Notes under the pieces: model-generated
The model's database searches: none
The model's input: the letters and a program-made list of their open reading frames with translations, nothing else
Told to the model about the DNA's origin: nothing
From: Longimicrobiales bacterium
GTDB lineage: Bacteria; Gemmatimonadota; Gemmatimonadetes; Longimicrobiales; Gaopeijiaceae
Direction of reading: 5' to 3'
Assembly: GCA_963664435.2 (NCBI GenBank)
Contig: CAXXKM010000001.1
Location: 32,001-96,000 of the forward strand
DNA length: 64,000 bases
Shown here: positions 38,792-46,784 of the stretch, piece after piece
Layout: each line of letters begins with the position of its first letter
How positions within the stretch are numbered: position 1 is the stretch's first letter
Translations under genes and position numbers: made by a program

Positions 38792-40045
38792 TCAGCGCGT
38801 CCCGGGATGATCGTCCACCTCCCCGCCGCGAACCACGGCCCGGCAGGGGTTGGCGCCGATCCAGTAGCTCAACTCCGAAGGATGGTCCACATCCCAGAGC
38901 GCCAGATCCGCGCACGCGCCCGGCGATACTACGCCGACCTCCCCCTCCAGGCCCAGCACCGGCGCCGCGTGACGCGTCATCCCCGCGAGCGCTTCCTCGG
39001 GGGTCAGGCCGAAAAGGACGCAGGCCATGTTCATCGCGAGCAGAGGGGAGGTGACGGGGGACGAACCGGGGTTGAGGTCGGTCGCGACTGCGATGCGCAC
39101 GCCCTGACGCCGCAGGGCATCCACGGGTGGCCGGTGCGACTCGCCCAGGGTGTAATACGCCCCCGGAAGGAGGACCGCGGTGGTCCCCGCCGCAGCCAGC
39201 GCACGGCAGCCGGCGTCCGTCGCGTACTCCAGGTGGTCGGCAGAGCGGGCACGGTAGCGGGCGGCGAGTTCGGCCCCGCCGAATGGCGAGAGCTGATCGG
39301 CGTGGAGGCGCACCGGCAGTCGATGGGCTACCGCTGCATCGAAGACGCGCGCACACTCCGCGGGGGTGAAGGCGATGCCCTCGCAGAACGCGTCCACGGC
39401 GTGGACGAGGTCCTCGGCGGCGGCGCGCGGGATCACCGTCCCGCACACCAGGTCGAGGTACGCCTCGCGCCGGTCCTGGTATTCGGGCGGGAGCGCGTGC
39501 GCGGCGAGGAGGGTACGCGATATGCGCACGGCGAGGCGTTCGCCCAGTGTGCGGGCGACGCGCAGCATCCTCAGTTCGGTGTCGACATCCAGCCCGTAAC
39601 CGGACTTGATCTCAACCGTGGTAACACCATGCGCGGCAAGAGCTTTCATTCTCCACTCCGATGCATCGCATAGCTGCTCCTCCGTCGCCGTCCGGGTCGC
39701 GGCCACGGTTGAACGGATACCGCCCCCAGCCCGCGCGATCTCCTCATAGGTCATGCCCCGCAGGCGCATCTCGAACTCACCGGCGCGCGTGCCGGCGAAG
39801 ACGAGGTGGGTGTGGCAGTCGATGAGGCCGGGAGTGAGCCAGCCGCCTTCTCCGTCCAGGGTGTGCCCGGCGCCGGCGGCCACCTCGCGGGGGACCGCGC
39901 GCGCAGCCCCGACCCAGGTGATCCGCCCCCCGGCGACCGCCACCAGGCCATCGCGCACCACCCCGTACGCCTCGCCCGTGTCCGCCATGGTGGCGACGTG
40001 GACGTTGCGGATCAGCAGCTCCGGCCCGCCGGTCTCCCTGTTCAG
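38792..40045 (-). CDS. hutI: Imidazolonepropionase (start uncertain; CTG after GGGAGG)
   Basis: PGLIDCHTH, GGGIRSTV, EIKSGYGL, DAFCE, HADQL, SADHLE, ATDLNPGSSP. Confidence 0.95.
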   Translation of the reverse strand: MNRETGGPELLIRNVHVATMADTGEAYGVVRDGLVAVAGGRITWVGAARAVPREVAAGAGHTLDGEGGWLTPGLIDCHTHLVFAGTRAGEFEMRLRGMTYEEIARAGGGIRSTVAATRTATEEQLCDASEWRMKALAAHGVTTVEIKSGYGLDVDTELRMLRVARTLGERLAVRISRTLLAAHALPPEYQDRREAYLDLVCGTVIPRAAAEDLVHAVDAFCEGIAFTPAECARVFDAAVAHRLPVRLHADQLSPFGGAELAARYRARSADHLEYATDAGCRALAAAGTTAVLLPGAYYTLGESHRPPVDALRRQGVRIAVATDLNPGSSPVTSPLLAMNMACVLFGLTPEEALAGMTRHAAPVLGLEGEVGVVSPGACADLALWDVDHPSELSYWIGANPCRAVVRGGEVDDHPGTR

Positions 40046-40056
40046 ATCATCCTCCC

Positions 40057-40117
40057 GTCTGCCATTTTGGCAGACTTTTCTCACCTTCCCCCGTGTCTGT
40101 CTGCCATTTTGGCAGAC
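40057..40117. promoter_or_regulatory. Two identical 19-bp palindromes GTCTGCCA-TTT-TGGCAGAC, 42 bp apart
   Basis: Copies at 40057-40075 and 40099-40117 in the divergent hutI/hutF intergenic region. Confidence 0.75.
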
Positions 40118-40341
40118 TCCATGACCGTGGCCCGAGTCCCGGACCGCACGACTGCCAACCTAGCTTCAAGACGCTTGTTCGAGGTAGCGTGCGGTCACCC
40201 TGCCCCCATGGCGCCTCCGGAAACTGCCGCCGACGGCCTTCGACGTTGCGGAGTTGCGGTGGTGACAGATGGCCGCGACGCGGATGTCCACTCGACCCGG
40301 CGCATTGACGGCGCTCCCGTACGGGCGTACCGTCCCCGGCC

Positions 40342-41721
40342 ATGCCCGACCTCCATTTCGATCTGGCGCTGCTTCCCGACGGCTGGGCGCGCGACGTCCG
40401 CGTCAAGGTGACCGCCGGCGGCGATTTCGGCGAGATACTTCCCGGCGGACACCCGGAAGGAGCGCGACGCGTCGCCGGCGCGGTCGTCCCGGGAGTCCCC
40501 AACGTGCACTCCCACGCATTTCAGCGGGCGATGGCGGGCCTCACCGAGTGCGGCAGCACGGCCGAATACGGGTTCCGGAGCTGGCGCGATCGGATGTACG
40601 CCTTTCTCGCGCGTCTTTCGCCGGATGATGTGCACGTCGTCGCCTCTCAGCTGTATGCCGAGATGTTGCGCCACGGGTACACCGCCGTGGCCGAGTTCCA
40701 CTACCTGCGCAACGACCCGCGCGGCCGGCCCTACGCCGTGCCGCACGAGATGGGGCTGCGCCTCCACGAGGCCGCAACGGCCACCGGGATCGGGCTCACG
40801 CTCCTGCCGGCGCTCTACCGGGTCGCGGACTTCGGGGCGGATGCGCCGCTCGAGGAGCAGCGCCGGTTCGTTGCGACGGTCGACGAGATCCTGGGCGACG
40901 CCGCAGCGCTCGGCCGGACGGTCGCGGGGAACGGCGACCGCAGCGTCGGCCTGGCGCTCCACTCGCTGCGCGCGGTGCCCCCCGGGGACCTGGCAGACGC
41001 CGTCGACGCCCTGGGCGCGACCGATCCCGCGGCGCCCATCCACATCCACCTCGCCGAGCAGGTCACCGAGGTGCGGGCGTGCCTGTCCTGGAGCGGGGCC
41101 TCCCCGGTGGAGTGGCTGCTGGACCACGCCCCGGTGGACGGGCGCTGGTGCGCGGTGCACGCCACCCACATGACCGGGGAGGAGACCCGCGCTCTGGCCG
41201 CCTCGGGCGCGGTCGCGGGGCTCTGCCCGACCACCGAGGCCAACCTGGGCGACGGGGTTTTCCCGCTCGCGAGCTACCTGGTCGCCGGAGGGCGGTGGGG
41301 GGTGGGGAGCGACTCCCACGTCAGCGTCAGCCCGGCCGCCGATCTGCGGATGCTCGAGTACTCGCAGCGGCTCACGATGCACGAGCGCAACGTCGCCGGA
41401 GGCCGCGAGGCCCACTCCACGGGGCGGGCCCTGCTGGAGGGCGCCTGGGCGGGCGGCGCGCAGGCGAGCGGACGGCGGCTGGGCGCGATCCGACCCGGGT
41501 TCCGGGCCGACGTGGTCGTCCTCGACACCGGCCATCCCGCTCTCGTGGGAAGAGACGAGGACCAACTGCTCGACGCCTGGATCTTCAGCGGCGAGGACAC
41601 GCCCGTGCGCGACGTCATGGTGGGCGGAGCCTGGGTGGTGCTGGACGGGCGCCACCGCGGGCAGGAGGAAATCGCGACCGCGCACCGGGCGGTGGCGCGG
41701 AAGCTCGCCGCGGTGCTCTAG
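40342..41721 (+). CDS. hutF: Formimidoylglutamate deiminase
   Basis: NVHSHAFQRAMAGL, AEFHY, HSLRAV, HIHLAEQ, HATH, CPTTEANLGDG, GSDSH. Confidence 0.95.
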   Translation: MPDLHFDLALLPDGWARDVRVKVTAGGDFGEILPGGHPEGARRVAGAVVPGVPNVHSHAFQRAMAGLTECGSTAEYGFRSWRDRMYAFLARLSPDDVHVVASQLYAEMLRHGYTAVAEFHYLRNDPRGRPYAVPHEMGLRLHEAATATGIGLTLLPALYRVADFGADAPLEEQRRFVATVDEILGDAAALGRTVAGNGDRSVGLALHSLRAVPPGDLADAVDALGATDPAAPIHIHLAEQVTEVRACLSWSGASPVEWLLDHAPVDGRWCAVHATHMTGEETRALAASGAVAGLCPTTEANLGDGVFPLASYLVAGGRWGVGSDSHVSVSPAADLRMLEYSQRLTMHERNVAGGREAHSTGRALLEGAWAGGAQASGRRLGAIRPGFRADVVVLDTGHPALVGRDEDQLLDAWIFSGEDTPVRDVMVGGAWVVLDGRHRGQEEIATAHRAVARKLAAVL

Positions 41722-42375
41722 CTACCCCTGCATCGGCACGCTCTGCGTGCGCACGATCAGTTCGATGTCCCAGATCGCCTCGGCGACGGCGCGCCCGATC
41801 AACTCCATCCGGCGCACGTCGCTGATCCGGGACTGGACGTTCTTCAGCTCGCGTTTGGACAGCAGCCACTTGAAGATCCCGCAGGCGTCCGCGAGCGCGA
41901 TGATGACGATGTCCCGGGGGTCGGGGATCATGTCGCTGAACAGCACCTCCATGATGCGCAGCTTCACCTCGCGTTCCGCCTTTCCGTCCACGACCGGATA
42001 GCGCCGCGAGCGGAAGACCCACAGGAAACGCTCCTCCTGGCGCGCCAGGATGCCCTTCGAGACCAGGCGCTCGAGCGCGGTCTCGCGGATATCGGCGGCG
42101 CGGCCCGCGGCGTGTTCTACCCAGTAGCGCGCATCGTGGGCGTCCTCGGCCTGTGCGATCTCCTCCAGCATCGGATCCAGCAGGCTGTCGCCGAGCGGCG
42201 TCGCGTCGACCAGGTAGAGCTTCTCCAGATCGGTGTCGATCCGGTTCTCGAGCGCCAGGTCCATCAACACGCCGCCACCGAGGGCGTAGTTGAGCGACCA
42301 GCTGGGGACGTGCGCGAACGTGCCGTTCTCGTCATCGAGCAACAGCAGCAGGATCTCCTCGGCGAATCTCAGCAC
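41722..42375 (-). CDS. GPP34 (GOLPH3/Vps74-like) family protein
   Basis: LRFAEEILLLLLDD, LGGGVLMDLALENRI, LERLVSKGIL...FLWVFRSRRYP; GGGGAG RBS before GTG. Confidence 0.8.
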   Translation of the reverse strand: MLRFAEEILLLLLDDENGTFAHVPSWSLNYALGGGVLMDLALENRIDTDLEKLYLVDATPLGDSLLDPMLEEIAQAEDAHDARYWVEHAAGRAADIRETALERLVSKGILARQEERFLWVFRSRRYPVVDGKAEREVKLRIMEVLFSDMIPDPRDIVIIALADACGIFKWLLSKRELKNVQSRISDVRRMELIGRAVAEAIWDIELIVRTQSVPMQG

Positions 42376-42496
42376 GGCGGCTTCTCCCCTGGTGTCTTTG
42401 GCGCCGAAAAGGCAACTGCAGTCATTATGCCTCGTTTCCCGATGAACGGGAACCCGTTCCCTCTCATGGTCGCATGCCCCGGCCTGCGGACACCGA

Positions 42497-43369
42497 TCAC
42501 AGGGCCTCCATAAATCCCTCCGACAACCGTCCCCTTGCCACCCCCTGCACCGGCCCCCGCAGGATGACCTCCAGCTCGCGGGAGACATTCACCTGCAGGG
42601 TGCCACCCTCCATGCGCACCTCGACCTCGCCGTAGTCCACCACCCCGCGCCCGGCCGCCGCCACCGCCACTGCGCACGAGCTGGTCCCCGACGCCTTGGT
42701 GCGCCCGACACCGCGCTCCCAGATGGCGATTTCGACGCAGCCCCGCGAGACGGGCCGGGCCAGCTGCACGTTCACGCCCGCCGGAAAGGCCTCGTGGGCG
42801 GTCAGGAAGGGACCCAGGCGGGAGAGCGCAGCATCGGACAGGTCGTCGGTGAATACCACGCAATGGGGGTTGCCGACGCTCACCGGGGTGCAGTCGAGCA
42901 CCCCCTCCGCCGGGTGGGTGAGCGGCCTCCCCCGCCACGCGCGCGCAAGCCCCGCATCGGCGGGGTCCAGCGACGCGCGTCCCATCTCGACCGATACGTC
43001 GTAGACGCTCCCGGCCAGGCGCTCCTCCACACGCATGTGGACGCGGTCGCCCCCGACCTCCACCGCGAAGGGCTCGTCTCCGACCCAGTCCCGGGACGCC
43101 GCCCAAGCCGCGAAGACGCGCAGGCCGTTTCCGCTTCGTTCGAACTCGGATCCATCCGGGTTGAACATCCGCAGCCGCCAGGGACGCTCCGGCGGAGGCG
43201 AGTGCAGCACGATGCCGTCGGCGCCCACACCCCGCCATCGATCGCAGACGGCGCGCACCGCCTCCGGCGATAAGGCCCATCCGTCCCCGAACGGAAAGAC
43301 GAGGTAGTCGTTGCCCAGGCCGTGGCCCTTGAAGAAGCTGGCGCCCGCGCGCGGACGGCCGGGGTTCAT
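42497..43369 (-). CDS. dapF: Diaminopimelate epimerase-like protein with Ser at both catalytic Cys positions
   Basis: KGHGLGNDY, GVGADG, FNPDGSEFERSGNG, VGNPHCV, FPAGVNVQ, WERGVGRTKASGTS. Confidence 0.85.
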   Translation of the reverse strand: MNPGRPRAGASFFKGHGLGNDYLVFPFGDGWALSPEAVRAVCDRWRGVGADGIVLHSPPPERPWRLRMFNPDGSEFERSGNGLRVFAAWAASRDWVGDEPFAVEVGGDRVHMRVEERLAGSVYDVSVEMGRASLDPADAGLARAWRGRPLTHPAEGVLDCTPVSVGNPHCVVFTDDLSDAALSRLGPFLTAHEAFPAGVNVQLARPVSRGCVEIAIWERGVGRTKASGTSSCAVAVAAAGRGVVDYGEVEVRMEGGTLQVNVSRELEVILRGPVQGVARGRLSEGFMEAL

Positions 43370-43394
43370 GGCCGGAGCAGGATGCACGCATCCC

Positions 43395-44048
43395 TCACGG
43401 ATGGAGCCGCCGGATGCTCCACCCATCCTCCTCGCGCTGGAATACCAGCCGGTCGTGGAGCCGATCCGCGCGCCCCTGCCAGAACTCGATGCGCTGCGCA
43501 TGAAGCCGGAATCCACCCCAGAAATCGGGCAGGGGCACTTCCCCGCCCTCGAACCTCTTCTCGATCTCGCGCACCCGGCGCTCCAGCATTTCACGCTCCT
43601 CGAGGGGCTGGCTCTGGCGCGACGCCCAGGCACCGATCCGGCTGCCCCGGGGGCGAGTGTGGAAATAGGCGGCGGATGCCTCGCGGCTCAGCGGGGTGAC
43701 GCCGCCCTCGACGCGCACCTGGCGCTGGAGGACGCCCCAGTGAAAGCAGAGGGCGGCCCGGGGGTTGGCGGTCAGCTCGTCCGCCTTGCGGCTGCCCAGG
43801 TTGGTGTAGAACTCGAACCCGTCCTCGCCGAATCCCTTGAGCAGCACCATGCGCGCACTGGGAGCGCCATCCGCGGACGCGGTTGCCAGCGTCATCGCCT
43901 CGGGCAGCAGAATGCCGGCCTTGCGCGCGGCGTCGGACCACTGCCCGAAGAGCTCGATGGGGTCCAGTCCCGGATCCGCATCCGGGAGCCCGCGGGTCAG
44001 GCCGCGTCCAAGCGAGAAAACGAGGCGCAGGTTCGATTTGAGCGACAT
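43395..44048 (-). CDS. pdxH: Pyridoxamine 5'-phosphate oxidase
   Basis: ARMVLLKG, FYTN..SRK, RQVRVEG, GAWASRQS, EFWQGRADRLHDR. Confidence 0.96.
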   Translation of the reverse strand: MSLKSNLRLVFSLGRGLTRGLPDADPGLDPIELFGQWSDAARKAGILLPEAMTLATASADGAPSARMVLLKGFGEDGFEFYTNLGSRKADELTANPRAALCFHWGVLQRQVRVEGGVTPLSREASAAYFHTRPRGSRIGAWASRQSQPLEEREMLERRVREIEKRFEGGEVPLPDFWGGFRLHAQRIEFWQGRADRLHDRLVFQREEDGWSIRRLHP

Positions 44049-44057
44049 CAGTCAGAG

Positions 44058-45341
44058 CTACGACCGAAAACGCGCGGGGGAAAGGGGTGCCAGGCGCGGA
44101 TCCCCGGTACCCGTAACCTGGTTTGCGACCATTTTGCCCGTAACCGCCGACAGCGTGAGCCCGAGATTGCCGTGCCCAACCGCCACCGAAAGCCCGCCCA
44201 CGTTGCCGAGAGGGCCGACGCAGGGCAGCCCGTCCGGCGACATCGGCCGCAGGCCGCACCATTCCGACACCGGTGGAGCGTCGCCGAGGGCGGGCAGCCA
44301 GGCACGAGGTTTCAGCGTAAGCTGCTCGAGGCGGATCGGGTTCAGCTCCAGGTCGTAGCCGGCGAATTCCATCGTGCCCACGAAGCGCACCCGCCCCTCC
44401 AGCGGCGTGCAGATGATGCCCGTGTCCCTGTTGGTGCAGGCGACGCGCATGGCTGGTGCTCCATCTGGGCCCACGGCCACCTCGCGGTGATACCCCTTCC
44501 CGGGCTGAATGGGGAGAGGGAACCCGGCCTGCCGGGCGAGCGCCAGGCTGAAAGGACCGGTGGCCAGCACGACCGCGTCGGCCGCGACGCGCTCGCCATC
44601 GGCGGTCTCCACGCCCCGCACCGCCCCACCCGCGAAGGTGAGCCGCCGCACCGCCGCGCCCTCGCGGATGGAGACGCCCCTTCGCCGCGCGGCCTCCGCC
44701 AGACCGAGGAGGAAGAGATAGGGGTCCAGGATCCGGGTTTCCGGGAACAGGACGCCGCCCGTCACGCGGGGACCGAGCGCCGGCTCCACCTCACGCGCCT
44801 GGGTACCGTCCACGACCTCGGGGTGGTAGCCGTGCCCGCGCATCAGCGCGGCGTCTTCACGCGCCTTCGCCATCGCCTTCCCGCCAACGCAGACCTCCAG
44901 GTAGCTCCCGCGCCGGTATTCGCAGGCGATTCCCTCCTCGCCCACGATGGCATCGAAGCATGCCAGCGTATCCAGCCCCAGCGGCGCCAGCGTCTCCAGG
45001 CAGCGCCTCTCGTGCCGGCGGGTGCAGTGCCGCGCGAACGCGGCCAGCCATCGCCAGACGCCCACATCGCGCCGCGCACGCACGTACAGCGGGCTCCGCG
45101 GATCGAAGAGGCGCGGCAGCGCCTGCCGGACCTTGCCCGGCCGGTTCAGCGGAGGATGCCCGGCAGCCACGATCCCGGCGTTGCCCCGCGAGGCGCCGGC
45201 CCCGATTCCGGCGCGCTCGAGCACGACCACATCCACCCCTCGCCGCGCCAGGTACCAGGCCGAGCAGAGGCCGACGAGGCCTCCGCCTGCGACGACGACG
45301 CGAAAAGTGGACATGGCGGGCCGGGGGAGGGTTGTGGTCAT
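44058..45341 (-). CDS. FAD-dependent D-amino acid dehydrogenase (DadA/DAO family); start may be 45314
   Basis: VAGGGLVG, GASRGNAG, PGKGY, WCGLRPMSPDGLP, GHGNLGLTL. Confidence 0.88.
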   Translation of the reverse strand: MTTTLPRPAMSTFRVVVAGGGLVGLCSAWYLARRGVDVVVLERAGIGAGASRGNAGIVAAGHPPLNRPGKVRQALPRLFDPRSPLYVRARRDVGVWRWLAAFARHCTRRHERRCLETLAPLGLDTLACFDAIVGEEGIACEYRRGSYLEVCVGGKAMAKAREDAALMRGHGYHPEVVDGTQAREVEPALGPRVTGGVLFPETRILDPYLFLLGLAEAARRRGVSIREGAAVRRLTFAGGAVRGVETADGERVAADAVVLATGPFSLALARQAGFPLPIQPGKGYHREVAVGPDGAPAMRVACTNRDTGIICTPLEGRVRFVGTMEFAGYDLELNPIRLEQLTLKPRAWLPALGDAPPVSEWCGLRPMSPDGLPCVGPLGNVGGLSVAVGHGNLGLTLSAVTGKMVANQVTGTGDPRLAPLSPARFRS

Positions 45342-45403
45342 CGCAGTACGTCAGCCCGCCTACCTTGAGCGCCGGCAGGCTGTTCCCTGGGAACTCGAGC
45401 TGG

Positions 45404-45580
45404 GGACATGATCGTGTCGCCGATCTGCATGCCGTCGTCGCGGCGCATGTGGCGGAAGACGGGTTTGACGCGGTATATAGTACGCTCTGGATGCCAATTG
45501 ACCTGAACACGGCCACGTGCGATGAAATCCTGCTTATTCCGGGCGTCGGCGAGCGCAAGCAACACAAATTCGAAGAGTGC
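45404..45580 (+). pseudogene. Remnant of a helix-hairpin-helix (ComEA-like) protein gene
   Basis: Frame of ORF 44960 reads PIDLNTATCDEILLIPGVGERKQHKFEE; no proper N-terminus and no sensible continuation. Confidence 0.6.
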
Positions 45581-46763
45581 CGTCAGGATCGTCGGCTCCC
45601 TGCCGGCGATCCTGCTCGTCTGGGCCTGCAGCCCCTCCGCCGCCTCCACGCCGGACGGCCAGACGTCGGGACCCGGACCGGTCGCGGGGGGCAGCCCCGA
45701 GCAGGTCGCGCACCAGGTGGCGACCGTGGTCGACGACCTGAGCAACCCCTGGGCGGTGGCCTGGCTCCCCAACGGCGACATGCTGGTGACGGAGCGGCCG
45801 GGCCGGCTGCGCATCGTCCGTGACGGTACGCTTCTGCGCGACCCCGTCGAAGGTGTGCCGGACGTGCGGGCACGCGGTCAGGGCGGTCTGCTGGACGTGG
45901 CGGTGCACCCCGACTTCGAGAGCAACCGCCTGCTCTACCTGACCTTCGCGGCACAGCACGAGGACGGGGGCGCCAGCACGGTGGTCGTCCGAGGCCGCTT
46001 CGAGGACGACGGGCTCACCGGGGTCGAGGAAATCTGGGTCGCGCAGTCCCGGGGCCGCGACCACTTCGGTTCGCGCCTGGCCTTCGATGCCGACAACTAC
46101 CTCTACATTACCGCCGGCGACCGGCAGGTCTCGCCCCGGGGCGGGCTCGCCGAGCTGTCGGCCCATCCGGCGCAGGACCTCTCCACCCACCACGGCGTGG
46201 TGGTGCGCCTGCACGACGACGGGCGCATCCCGGCGGACAATCCGTTCGTGGGACAGGCCGGCGCGCTCGAGGACATCTACAGCTACGGTCACCGCAACGC
46301 CCAGGGCATGGCCTTCCACCCGGAGACCGGGGACCTCTGGCTGAACGAACACGGGCCGCAGGGGGGAGACGAGATCAACCTGATCCTGCCGGGCCGCAAC
46401 TACGGCTGGCCGGTGGTCGGATACGGGGTGAACTACGGAAGCGGATCGAGGATCCACGTAGGCAGTCACCGCGACGGAATGGAGCCGCCCGTGCATTACT
46501 GGGTGCCCTCCATCGCCACATCGGGGCTGATGGTTTACACCGGCGACCGCTTCCCGGAGTGGCGCGGCTCGATGTTCGTCGGGGGGCTGGCCGGGCAGCA
46601 GCTGGCTCGCCTGACCCTGGACGGGCATACGGTCACGGACGAAGAGACGCTGGTCCGGCGCATGGGCCGCATCAGGGACGTGCGCCAGGGCCCGGACGGC
46701 CTGATCTACCTGGTGTTCGACCGGCCCGGCATGGTCGCCCGCCTGGAACCGTCCGCGGGCTAG
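45522..46763 (+). CDS. PQQ-dependent sugar dehydrogenase, lipoprotein (second paralog)
   Basis: Lipobox VWAC; TERPGRLR, GQGGLLD, SYGHRNAQG, NEHGPQGGDE, GRIRDV. Confidence 0.9.
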   Translation: MKSCLFRASASASNTNSKSAVRIVGSLPAILLVWACSPSAASTPDGQTSGPGPVAGGSPEQVAHQVATVVDDLSNPWAVAWLPNGDMLVTERPGRLRIVRDGTLLRDPVEGVPDVRARGQGGLLDVAVHPDFESNRLLYLTFAAQHEDGGASTVVVRGRFEDDGLTGVEEIWVAQSRGRDHFGSRLAFDADNYLYITAGDRQVSPRGGLAELSAHPAQDLSTHHGVVVRLHDDGRIPADNPFVGQAGALEDIYSYGHRNAQGMAFHPETGDLWLNEHGPQGGDEINLILPGRNYGWPVVGYGVNYGSGSRIHVGSHRDGMEPPVHYWVPSIATSGLMVYTGDRFPEWRGSMFVGGLAGQQLARLTLDGHTVTDEETLVRRMGRIRDVRQGPDGLIYLVFDRPGMVARLEPSAG

Positions 46764-46784
46764 GCCCGCAGGCGGACAACCTTC

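Noticed and set aside
39590..39730. Short lower-GC patches inside hutI (also the acyl-CoA dehydrogenase near 14640-14710)
   Set aside because: Frames and motifs are intact; cannot be separated from local variation without computation.
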